Below are positions 25,150-36,850 of a stretch of 64,000 bases of DNA, in pieces. Source of the stretch: Epiperipatus broadwayi (lineage: Eukaryota > Animalia > Onychophora); the NCBI GenBank assembly GCA_028023455.1, contig JAQFVV010000006.1, positions 19,344,001-19,408,000 of the forward strand, in the 5' to 3' direction. The notes under the pieces are model-generated. The model searched no databases and was not told where the DNA came from. It saw only the letters and a program-made list of their open reading frames with translations. Made by a program: the position numbers and the translations under genes. Numbering within the stretch: the stretch's first letter is position 1; each line of letters begins with the position of its first letter.

Positions 25150-25330
25150 TTAAATAGAATTTTAAACGGAAACATACACATAATAAACCGCCATGACTTT
25201 CTTTTTTTCGATTGGAATCTAAGAGGAATAGGAATAATTTACTGCCATCTAGTGTAGAATGTATGGAATTGCAAATATAAAAAGAATTCTATAATTGCCG
25301 GAGCTATACTATAATAATTCAAAAGAATTC
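25150..25330 (-). promoter_or_regulatory. Probable promoter of the BED-finger gene, with CTCF-like and YY1-like motifs
   Basis: TGCCATCTAGTG (~25242-25253) matches the CTCF core on the minus strand (CACTAGATGGCA). CCGCCATG near 25188. CpGs retained. Confidence 0.35.
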
Positions 25331-26909
25331 CATCTAATGATTTTGTTAATTAATGCGTAGAATCTTTTATCATTACTAGACATATGAAGATAATAAATTT
25401 AAAATTATTGACAAAAGATTTCACTATTAAAGAATAATTTATGCTTAATTAGCAAGTTGGTCACTCTAGTTGTTAATTTGTAATAATGTTTTAATTACTC
25501 TATTCTTTTTTTAAATATGTGTGTATGTTAAATCCTCGATCAAAGTCTGATCATTATAAGTGATAATTTGTTATTAATTGTTATATATAACAAATTTTAT
25601 TTTCTTCAAATTCTAAATTATATACCCCCCCCCCCCACTTCACCTAAAAAAAAAAAGTTTCAATTATTTTCCTCCTTGACTCATTTTTAACTTTCTAATA
25701 TTTTATCTATATTGAAGAGCGTTATATTTACAAGCATGTAAATGAATTTATAAATACATAGAGAATATTAACAAGCAGCTTATCTATATAATATTTCATT
25801 TTGAAACAGAATTCATTGGTTGGTCCTGAAGATATAACAATCCCCTTCCCCATAATCAACATGGTGACAATATTCAAATTTGCTCTATCCCAGAGGTATT
25901 CTTTCAATACCAACTGGATAACATCAATAATTTTATTAAAAACACAAGTTTATGCACTTGCCAATATATAAATAAAACAAAAGCAAATTAGGAACTGATC
26001 AATAAATAGGTATCCAGACAGTCAAGTGATTGTAATATAATACAGCAATTATGATGAGGAAAGAAGTTATACTTGTATATACTGAGCATATAATTTCTTT
26101 TATTTTCAATCCTTTTTATTCATTTTTTTTATTTCTTCCAAGCTGTCAACTGCTAATGTAAATTTTCTTAAAATATTCAGTTTCAATTAATTGTCTGATC
26201 AATCTAATATTTTTTCATGTATTATAAACCATACATATTACAATTAATTTTTATTCACACATAATGGTGTCAATTTTGTAAATACATGTATATGGCTTGT
26301 ATTTCATCTATACTTTTTTTTTTTTTTTTACAAGGACCTTTCTGGATTAATTGAGAGAATCTTCAAACAATAAAAGAATTAATATGTAAAATGGGCTTTT
26401 TGTCAGATCCCACACATTTTTTTTTTCAAGATGCAAAAGCTAATTAGATTTAATTTTCTAAATATTACTAGAGATTCAACCACAAATTCATTATCACCCA
26501 AAGTCAATGTATTTGTTAGTTTTAGAAATGGAATTTAACAGCTTCTGCTTTATGTAGATACGGCTAGGTACAAACTGTTAATTCACATAATATCAAACTA
26601 TGTTTACAAAAGTAGAACTGAAGAACGTAATAAAATTCTAGTAAATCTATCTCCTGTTTGCAATATCTACAGATACATTTATGAATATTCAGCTGTTCAA
26701 AAAAAAATTCAATTCCTAAATAAAATAAAAGTTCAAACCATCTTTTGGCAACTTTAAATTGACATGGAGACATTTAAATCACTTAATAGTTTTCATCTAT
26801 GACAAATTTGACATTTCAATTATATACCTGAAATATATATACATAATATTACAAATAAATCAAGTCAGATGTCACACGACCTAATTTAAACAAGCTTGTA
26901 TTACAAATG

Positions 26910-27069
26910 TTTTATAAAGAGCTTGCAAATAAGCTCTTAACAAGCTTTGCAGAATATCCTCAACTCCAGACCGGTTTCTGTTACTGACGAAGCCAGTAGC
27001 AGAAACTGGTCTGGGTTGAGGATATTCTGCAAAGCTTATTAAGAGCTTAATTTGCAAGCTCTTTATAAA
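26910..27069. repeat. Fold-back with ~77-bp arms and a 7-nt loop, related to the 22868-23378 family
   Basis: 26910-26986 is the near reverse complement of 26994-27069. Shares TTAAGAGCTT and ACATTT.GTAA.TACAAGCTT with 23356-23416. Confidence 0.92.
26984..27016 (+). ncRNA. Minimal hammerhead-like motif at the hairpin apex
   Basis: CTGACGA agccagtagca GAAACTGGTC tggg. The left arm read on minus gives GAAACCGGTC tggag, a palindromic helix III. Confidence 0.5.
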
Positions 27070-27213
27070 AAATATACATAATATATATTAAAAATAATAA
27101 AATGGAAAAAAGAAAATAATACTCATAAAATTTTAATACAATTTACAAAATTCAAAAAGAAAAATTTGCAAAAAAAGAAAAAAAATCTTAATTTTAATTA
27201 ACATTATAACAGA

Positions 27214-28690
27214 CATCATCATTTTCAACCATTATCAATCCATGCAGGATTATGGTCTATCCAATTTAAGCTAGTTACTCCAAATCCTAGATTCTTCACA
27301 ACACACCAACAAACTTTCTTATTTCATTCATCCATCTCACATGTAATTTCTCGGTCTTGTACAATCTCTTGTGATCCAAATTAAAATTTCAACTGTCCAT
27401 CTCTTTTAGATCCCTAGCCCAGTTATTTCAATTTAATTATTTCAATGATATTAGTGATATCTGTTCTTTTACCCAGGTAATTTGTTTTCAATCCCTTGTT
27501 ATTAATTCTACTATATATATCTCTAGATTTCAGTGAGTGGTCTGAATTGCTGTTCTGTTAAGTGTACGATTCTCAGATCTATAAATAAGAACTAGTAAAA
27601 CTCATCTATTAAAAGCCTTCCTTTTCAAACACACAAACATATTTCCTTTTAATATTGTTATTTCATACATTATGTTTTGGTCTGCGTTAATAATATGATA
27701 ATTGTTAACTTCTAATTCATAATTTATCAATCTTTGTTTTTTCTTCCGAGAAAATCCATTGAACATTACTTTAGTATATTAGCATTTATCTTTTATCCTA
27801 CTTTCATCTGATAACTCTTGCAACATTTTCTGAAACTCTGAAGCATTATTTACAAAAACAATCATATCATCTGTAAAATCTATATGATTTAAATAATCTC
27901 CATTTATTTTTACTCCCTTAGCTTCCTATTTTAATCCATAAAATATTTCTAAAACTGCTGTAAAAAGTTTTGGAGATATAGAATCATCTTACATATTTCT
28001 TAATGTTAATACTCTTAGTAAATCTAATCATTGTTGTTGCATTTTGATAAATATTCTTCAGACGATGACAATATCTTGAGTCTATATCTGGATGATCCAA
28101 TATTTTAATCACCATAAAAATGCTTATAGAATCAAATGTTTTTTCATAATCTACAAATACAAACCATAATAGCAACTCATATTCATTGGATCTTTCTATA
28201 ACTTTTCTCAATATTTGAATACAATACATTATGTTAAACCATTTTTAAATCCAGCTTTTTCTTTTGGCTAGTTAGAATCCACAGTTCACTGGATATGAGT
28301 TGTAATGACCTTGGCAAAGATTTTATATAAAACTAAAAAAATGCTGATAGATCTGTAATTTCAAATTTCTTTATCATTTTTCTTTAAAATTAATATTATT
28401 ATTGCATTCTTCTAATATGGTACATCTTTATTATTTGTACATTAGGTATATAATTTTGCCAATATTTTTTCTATTTCTTAACATTCTTTTAAGATATCAA
28501 TTATAATTCCATTCTTTCCTAGAGCTTTTTCTCTTCTTCATACATTTAATTGCATATCTAACTTCTTCATTTAAAATGCTAAACAATTCACAAGATATAA
28601 TGATTGTAGTAAATATTTTGTTTTTTGCTTTTTGTTAATACATAATTCTTCACAGAACTCTGTGATTCTTCTCCCAGAATGTAGTTTACA
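27214..28690 (-). mobile_element. RTE-clade LINE RT and 3' fragment
   Basis: FVDYEKTFDSI and VR*DDSISPKLF. The 3' end mirrors 22150-22200. Confidence 0.88.
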
Positions 28691-29965
28691 ATTCAGTAAC
28701 AAGTCTACTTTTTAAAAAAATAATCTGTCAACTTTTTCTTGATTTAATAATAAAAAAAAGTATTATAATTGAATTAATACACACACACATAAAACATGGT
28801 GCAGATTTTTTTGATTCTAAATGTGATATTAAAACAATTTAAATAAAAAAAATGAGATTATTGTATATGTGTATTGTTTCTCTATTTTTATTAATTATTA
28901 ATAATATTTATGCTGGACTAATTTTTAAATTAAAATATATTATAGCTCATTGCTTTTCAAACTCATTGAGATATAAAGGCTGCCTTGGAATATCTAGAAA
29001 CATTAGCAGCTCTATGATAGAAAAAAATGCTTAACAGAGTCACATGCTAATGTTATATAATTTTATTATATTTAATTTATTGAAATAATTTTCTTATTTA
29101 TAATTTCATTACAATACAAAATATTTAAAGAATTACAAATATTACAAAGATCATGTATCCTTTATACTATTTAAGCTAGTAGCCTCTAATTCAATCATTT
29201 TTCATCACCTTACACCTTCCATCTCAATTTATTCATATGCTTCCAAGAGTAATTCTCTTCATCTACTCCAATGGGATTTATTATAAACTTGAGTAACCAA
29301 TAGACCATACATGGAAGTGCTATATTATATCCATATTTTCAAATCAGTTTCTGGCTTTTGCTTTGACTAATGAAAACTTAGTATTCAAAGCTGGAACTAG
29401 TTTTTGCAATCACTTTTAACTTCTTTATGTTATCCAAACTAGCAACATTTAAATTTAATAATTTTTCCATATCTTCCAATTAATGTAGTTGCAATAATTA
29501 TTTTTACACATTTTTATAGCCTTCTATCTATAGTTGCAGAAGATGCTAATTAACCAATCTTAGATAGAATTTAGTGTTTTTCAAAAGAAAGAAATGAAAT
29601 TATTATTGTGAACTCAGAAATTAAAAATGAATATAATAGAATCTAATAAATTAATTACTGAAATGTCTATGGAAAATGTTTTACAGAGTTTAAAAATAAT
29701 GTTTGGCATTAGATTATATGATTAGAAAATAACTAATGGTGATCAAACCCCCTTGTTCCATTACATGTTCCTGAATTCATGAAATAAGGAGATTAAACTA
29801 TTATAACATCGCCACATGATCACCATTTTTTATGCTTACACAAGCTGTTAATAAGTAGCAAACTCTCCATAATGTAGTGCCACCCAGTGCAAGCCTTAGT
29901 AATCAATAGATACTAGAACTGGTTAGTGTATCAAAATCCCTATCTAGTGCTTACTCATCCAATGT

Positions 29966-30006
29966 TTTCAGACTAGTTTTTAGCATATGGTTTTCATCAG
30001 AAAAAG
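29966..30006 (-). ncRNA. Degenerate minimal hammerhead motif
   Basis: CTGATGA aaaccatatgcta AAAACTAGTC tgaaa: core and ACTAGT palindrome intact, G12 changed to A. Confidence 0.55.
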
Positions 30007-30352
30007 TCTTGGATCTGAGAACACTGCACGTAAATCTTTCTGATCTAATGCATCCATTCAGCAGCTACCTTCTAACTTTTCAGTTTTATTTTTTTTAGTT
30101 ATGTTGTAGTGGTTTAATACCAATCCTAGCCCAAGAGTGTTGCTGATTACAGTTACTAAAATACTAAAGACACCAAAATATAGATATGAACTGGATTCAT
30201 ATCTGTATGACTATACAAATGGATTAGTTTGGATTGATATTGTGTTTTCAGTTTATATTAATAGCTTTATAGTTAACTGAAAAGGTAAAAGATGACTGCT
30301 AGAGGGTTGCATTAGATCCAACAATCCAAATGTGGTGCTCTCAAATTCAAAG

Positions 30353-30387
30353 TTCCTCACTGATGAAAGCCATAAACTAAAAACTAG
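30353..30387 (+). ncRNA. Truncated minimal hammerhead motif
   Basis: TTCCTCA CTGATGA aagccataaacta AAAACTAG, deleted before the cleavage triplet. Confidence 0.45.
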
Positions 30388-31199
30388 GTACTAGATAAAG
30401 CTTTTGATGCACTAACTTTTTAGCATCCATTGATTACTAAGACTTGTACTAGGTGGCAATATTGTATGGAAAAAAAATTGCTACTATAAAATAGAAGACA
30501 AAGAGAATAATAAAAAAAATTATAAAACTGCCACTAAAATTCAATGATCTTACTATAAATACAATATTTAAAAAATCATCAGCAGTAGCAAACACTCATT
30601 TATAAAGAACTGTGATCAATTCTAATTCCATTAAAAAAATTATATTTGCATGAAAGAAAAGCTAAAAGATGAGAATAATGTTTCTGAGTATGTATTAAAA
30701 GATAAAAATTCTCATTATTATAGTAACAATATATACATAATTGAATGGTTGATCACTCAGGAGGTCACGATGTAGTGACAAGAATTGATTAGAGATCTTC
30801 AATCTGCCATTACACAATGTTGAAACAGTATGATTTGATCGTCATACGTTTCACCTATTCTAGAAATCAATAGCCTTCATTTCCCTAGTTCAAACCCTAA
30901 AGGTACACATATATATAACAATATATTTGGGAATTTAACATGTATAAAAACGTATATTTACACGTATATGTGTGTAATTGTATATGCACACACATTTGCT
31001 ATAATTGTATATATTTTGTAATAATTTTATTTGCTAAAGAAATGGTATATTCATATCTGAATATTATCATTATATAACGTACACACCTTATAATTTTATA
31101 AATATTCATCTTATGATTTTAAATAATTGAATTGGTTTCAAGCTGGAAAAATTGTAATAGATAAGAACAGAATTCTCTAAAGTATTTCAAACTGGCTTT

Positions 31200-33739
31200 A
31201 AAGTACCCAATTACTTAATCATGTAGAGCAACTAAAAACAAAGGTAGATGTCTCACGTCTAGGATAAAACGCTAGCAGCTTAAATCTCTTTCAGTAAAAG
31301 AAAAGGAGAAGCAATCCAATGTTTAAAAAAAGAACTTTACCAATCTCATGAGACACCGCCGGTACAAATCCAGATTTTAGGATTCTTAATAAAATAAAAG
31401 TTGGACAATTAAACCTGCACTGAAATCCAGATTGGAACTAGAATCTGAGAAAAATAAAAGGAACAATGAATAAACCTGAAATCAATCAACCGATTCGTCT
31501 GAAGCTGATGCAATTAAGACTTCTTAGATTTTAATGTCTAAAAATAAAGATTGTGAATGAACTGTAAGAGGGGGGGTTAAAAAAGTATAAAAAAGGCAGT
31601 TGAAAGAAAATTGTCATCCATTTTTGCTTTACTCGTGTTTCAACTGTCCAGGCAGCAGGCCCAGTTTCTACCATGCAAATAATTGGCTAGAAAAGCAAAG
31701 GCCATCTTCCCGATGGTCAAGAACCGTTTATGGAGCCCGGAGATCCAAACCACAGCCCTACTTAAAGAATAGCCCAACGATGAACCAGCAGATAAATCAG
31801 TCCATGCGTGTATTTCATACTTTCAAGCTGCAAGCCTCCAGATAAATAACCGGTAACCACTTCTCAATCAAACTAAATCTAAAAGCTATAGCCATCTATA
31901 AATCTTTCCTAAAGCTAGCTATATAATAAGTAATGTGCACAAACTCTTCCATTCAAATTTTATAAATTAATCATACTATGTTTAAAAGGTGTATTCTCTC
32001 TTAAAGTAATTAACTGTATTAGATAAACGTATCTCAACCTGTATAATTTAAAATATGTTAAAAGTTAAATATAAATCTTGCCTGATCACAAATTCTTAAA
32101 TCTTTTTTTTTAAATTCAACGTATAAAAGCTTATTTGTCCTATTATTTTCTCTATTTGCGTCTATACTTTTGCATCTATATATATATTTTGTTAAAATGC
32201 ATTTATTGATTTATGCTTTGCCTTCGGAGCAGAGACTATTAATTATTATAACTTAAAGAGACGTTTTGTTCTCAAGTAAAGTAATTATGCTGTTTGGCAT
32301 ATCTATAGATTGTCTCTGGTCCGAAACCTACTTTGATATATTATTTGAACGGCTATGCGTAGCTTAATATCACATATGTTGCTTATTAAAAGGTTTGTTT
32401 GGTTAAATAAAAGAGAGTGATAATTTAAGGCATATTCAGTAGTTAGCCAAGTTTAAGCCCCAGATATGCTTTAGACCCCCTTAATGTAATTGCATATAAT
32501 ATGTAGTTAGTTAATAAACTAGATCAATTTTAATAAAGTCCTCTTTAGCACAATTTCAGTGTTTATTTAACTAACTGGCGTAGGGTAGTTTGCAGAAGAA
32601 ACTATAGATTTCGCGCTTTACTAGTTGTTATAATTAAGATTCCAAAAGCGTTGTGAATGAGTTTTTACGAAGCACTGAGGTGCATTCCGTCTTGCTATCA
32701 TATAATTATTAAGATAAGATTAGGTTTTAAGGGCCATCTTATCATCCTTAGTTCGGACAGCCTTCTCTTGAATGGGATAATGATTTTAAGGGTCATTCCC
32801 ATTTCCTCCTTTAAAAACTGGAACACCGGAATCCAGCATCTTATATCGTGGCTGTTCGAGCATCCGAACTAAAAGTTCATGTATAGCAGGCGAGCGGTAT
32901 CTGAGAACCGAGCAAACGCTGCTGAATCTCATGAGTAAAAGCACATTCAAGCCGCATCTGATGTAATTTGCATAGCGCCGTAGCCTCAGAAGTTATGCTA
33001 CAAAACGCCAGTTCATCTGCTGTATATTAATTGTTCAGCATTGATCTGAACCTAAGATCTAGTTTATCTAAGAATATCTACATAAAGAGCACATTGACTG
33101 CTCCTCACGTATTGATAAATTTAAGTACACATTGTATAAATTTGCCACTCTCTTAGAGTTTAACCCTTAACATACTGAGTAGGAATGGCAGAACATAATC
33201 TAGACATCAGTATAGATGTAAAATAATTATTAACGTATAAACGATATAATAGAATAATGATCGTTAAGTACAATTGATTACAGAACGTGTAGTTCGTATT
33301 TTCACCATCCCACCTGCGAGTGGAATATTCAGTATATTTAATTGTTATTGTTTGTGTTTTGTCAATATTAAATAATTTTAAAATCTATTAACGTCTGCAG
33401 TATTATTCACTTTATTTATATTAAACCACCATCCATAATGATTTTATATGCATGAGATAATCAGCCATAGGTTGTGTGAGTGTGTTTGGTTAAGCTATAA
33501 ATATTTAGTTAAATATCCCCGAGTCTCTCGTTTTACCCTTTGCTATTGCCGGCGCGGAAATTGAGAGATTACGAGTGTAGCCTCATATATGTCATTCATA
33601 AGGTAGTAAGTCAGGGAGTGTTGGTGAAGGAGCTGAGGTGCGGTCAGATTTGGTCTCAAACCCTCATCTAGATCAGCCTTGGTATAATTTACCAAAACTC
33701 TGGATTTTGTTGCGTGGATGTTCAAATATGACTGTTACA
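31200..33739. other. CpG-retaining non-coding tract, possibly the LTR/UTR of a younger retroelement
   Basis: Higher GC and CpG content than the flanks, no convincing ORF. The minus strand starts TGTAACAG at 33739 with AATAAA downstream. No partner LTR or TSD found. Confidence 0.3.
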
Positions 33740-33769
33740 ATGTGGAGAGAAAAATCATAGTTAATGCTG

Positions 33770-34480
33770 CTAGCTTGAATAGTATAAAGAAATTAAAGAT
33801 GGATGCAAAGATACATTAGTTCCAGCTTTGGATATTTTTTTAAAATTAATAATTATTAAATTAAAAAAATATGAAACAATTCTTGAATGCTTTAACCTTT
33901 CCATCACTAATATTTTGAAATAAACAAAATGAATTAATAATAAAACGATAATACCTTTTGAATCTATTTCGTTTGGGTACTTGAGTATTATACTGTCTAT
34001 CAAGCTATTGGCAGCCATTTTTCTGTAATAATACAGTTTCAGGGATATACAATAAATATTTAAGACAAAATGGCTGACAAGAGTGATCAAATTTAATATT
34101 TATAGTTTTTTTTTTTATTATTGTTATTTTTTTAAAAAGAAAAATGTCTGCAAAAATTAATTATAATATTTCCATTTTATTATTATTTTTGTATTAAGTC
34201 AACTTATTAATATAAAAATATAGGAAACATAAAATATCATATCATACCCATTAATGCAGATTTCAACTTATTAATATAAAAATGATATATATATGTAAAG
34301 TGTGATATGCTCATTAACAAACTTTTTGTAAGGGCAGGACTCCATATTTTAGGAAATATTCTACTGCCTGCTGTTCTGTCAAAGTATAATTCCAAATTTT
34401 CATCATTTTGCCAAAATGGGAGTGACAAAAATAAAGATACTGAATATAAACAAACTACAACAATGTTCAGAGCATGTCAA
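33770..34480 (-). pseudogene. Broken multi-pass membrane protein, 7TM receptor-like (class unresolved)
   Basis: MCKR*HALNIVVVCLYSVSLFLSLPFW (TGA possibly from CGA), then further hydrophobic segments in ORFs 34237-34428 and 33770-34090. Confidence 0.3.
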
Positions 34481-35489
34481 CGTTTACACATTATAATGTA
34501 AGTAAATATTAATAATTGAAATAAAACTTCTGAATAAAATTTATAATTGATTTATTTTAAAAAGTTGGAAAATATATGAATACATTTATAGGGCCCCCTC
34601 AAACTATATAATTAAAAAAAATAGCTGCCAAGCTTGGTAGACAGTATAATACACAAGTACCTCATAAATATGATAATGAAGCTCCTAATAACATTGTTGA
34701 CTGAAATTAATTGGTTGGTCTCCTAATATTTCATGTACTGCTTTCATAGTAGAATAATTATAAAAATGAACTATTAGACAAGACAGGAGAGACATAAATT
34801 TGAACTAATCCATTACTTTAGCTCCTCAGAATCCATTGATGAGGGACAGATAAATATTCCCTTTTTTTTCTTTTTGCTCAGTAATTTATTTTGTTTGTAA
34901 GTTCAAAATAAATAATATAAATAAATATGTCTTTATTTATTTAATAATTCTAAAGACAAACTTTTCTGCTATTGTTTCATTCAAGAGTAGATTGTTTTCC
35001 CCAAACTTTCTTTCCTGTCTTTCTCACATAACACACTATTAAATTCAATATTTCTTTTATATATTTTAACATAGTGTTCTATTAAATAGAACTAATTATT
35101 GTAAATAAATAAAATTTTATACATTAGTATTTTTTCTTTTAAAATAATAATTAGAATGATTTACTTTTCTTTATTTTTTAGTTTCACCAAGATTCATTAC
35201 TAATACTATTAATGTATTTTTTTATAATAAAACAAATATATTGCCTTGTATGTATGTTTGTTTACATTTATTTCATACATGCATGTACACTTTCTCTTCT
35301 TTCATGACAGATTATCTATCCATAGTCAAAATAAAATGGGTAATGATTTAGTATGCGCTCATGGCCGCCATTTTGAATTACAAGAACCTCCCAAACCATG
35401 CTGAAACATCCAACCGATAAATGACATTGCTCAAAATGGCCATTTTCGTAGGAAAAAAAAAAAAACATAAAAATCTTAATTTTCATCTA

Positions 35490-35625
35490 AAAAAATCGCG
35501 TGATTAAAATATTAAAACACAAAAATCACAATTTTCATAAAAAAATCACGTAATTAAAATATTAAAACACAAAAATAGCAATTTTAATTAAAAAAAAAAT
35601 CACGTGATTAAAATATTAAAACGTA
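35490..35625 (+). repeat. ~50-bp tandem repeat, 3 copies
   Basis: AAAATC(A/G)CGT(G/A)ATTAAAATATTAAAAC at ~35492, 35542 and 35596. Confidence 0.85.
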
Positions 35626-35804
35626 AAATCGTATATGCCAAAAGATTATAACTTATAAAATCTGAATGCTAAAAAATAATGATGAAAAGATTTTAAGCAA
35701 TAATTATATTTTCATTCACTTATAGAAATGGAATCACGAGACCAAAAAGGCGGTAAAGATCTTGAATACACGTTATCTATATCAATCTTTTTAAAAAAAT
35801 CATA

Positions 35805-36850
35805 AATGCTATAAATCCAAGCATTGATAGCAAATCTCAAAAAATTAAAAACGCTATAAATCTAAGCATTGTAATAGCAAATCTCAAAAAATTAAAAAAA
35901 TCAAAAACACTATAAATCCAAGCATTGTAATAGCAAATGTCAAAAAATTAAAAACGCTATAAATCTAAGCATTGTAATAGCAAATCTCAAAAATTAAAAA
36001 CGCTATAAATCTAAGCATTGTAATAGCAAATCTCAAAAAATTAAAAACGCTATAAACCTAAGCATTGTAATAGCAAATCTCAAACAATTAAAAATGCTAT
36101 AAATCTAAGCATTGTAATAGCAAATCTCAAAAAATTAAAAACGCTATAAACCTAAGCATTGTAATAGCAAATCTCAAACAATCAAAAATGCTATAAATCT
36201 AAGCATTGTAATAGCAAATCTCAAAAAATTAAAAACGCTATAAACCTAAGCATTGTAATAGCAAATCTCAAACAATCAAAAATACTATAAATCTAAGCAT
36301 TGTAATAGCAAATCTCAAAAAATTAAAAACGCTATAAACCTAAGCATTGTAATAGCAAATCTCAAACAATCAAAAATGCTATAAATCTAAGCATTGTAAT
36401 AGCAAATCTCAAAAAATTAAAAATGCTATAAATCTAAGCATTGTAATAGCAAATCTCAAAAAATTAAAAACGCTATAAACCTAAGCATTGTAATAGCAAA
36501 TCTCAAACAATTAAAAATGCTATAAATCTAAGCATTGTAATAGCAAATCTCAAAAAATTAAAAAATCAAAAACACTATAAATCCAAGCATTGTAATAGCA
36601 AATCTCAAAAAATTAAAAACGCTATAAATCTAAGCATTGTAATAGCAAATCTCATCAAAAATGCTATAAATCCAAGCATTGATAGCAAATCTCAAAAAAT
36701 TAAAAACACTATAAATCTAAGCATTCCAAGCATTGATAGCAAATCTCAAAAAATTAAAAATGCTATAAATCTAAGCATTGTAATACTAAATCTCAAAAAA
36801 TCAAAAACACTATAAATCCAAGCATTGTAATAGTAAATCTCAAAAAATTA
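35805..36850 (+). repeat. 47-bp satellite/minisatellite, about 22 units
   Basis: Unit AAAAACGCTATAAATCTAAGCATTGTAATAGCAAATCTCAAAAAATT. Period of 47 measured between 36001 and 36048. Confidence 0.97.

Larger units (their letters stand above)
29790..30475. mobile_element. Two inverted copies of a hammerhead-bearing small repeat (retrozyme/PLE-pLTR-like)
   Basis: 29866-30060 is inverted at 30290-30470 and is homologous to 52149-52670. Confidence 0.7.

Noticed and set aside
26530-26760. ~72-codon plus-strand open frame after TTTAACAG
   Set aside because: No recognisable motif or clear partner exon. Cannot be distinguished from chance.
30771-33739. Single 3-kb LTR bounded by TGTAG and TTACA
   Set aside because: Flanks do not form a TSD and the termini are not inverted. 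Kept only as an unexplained tract.
35805-36850. Satellite as a CRISPR-like array
   Set aside because: Units are contiguous with no unique spacers, there are no cas genes, and the context is eukaryotic.
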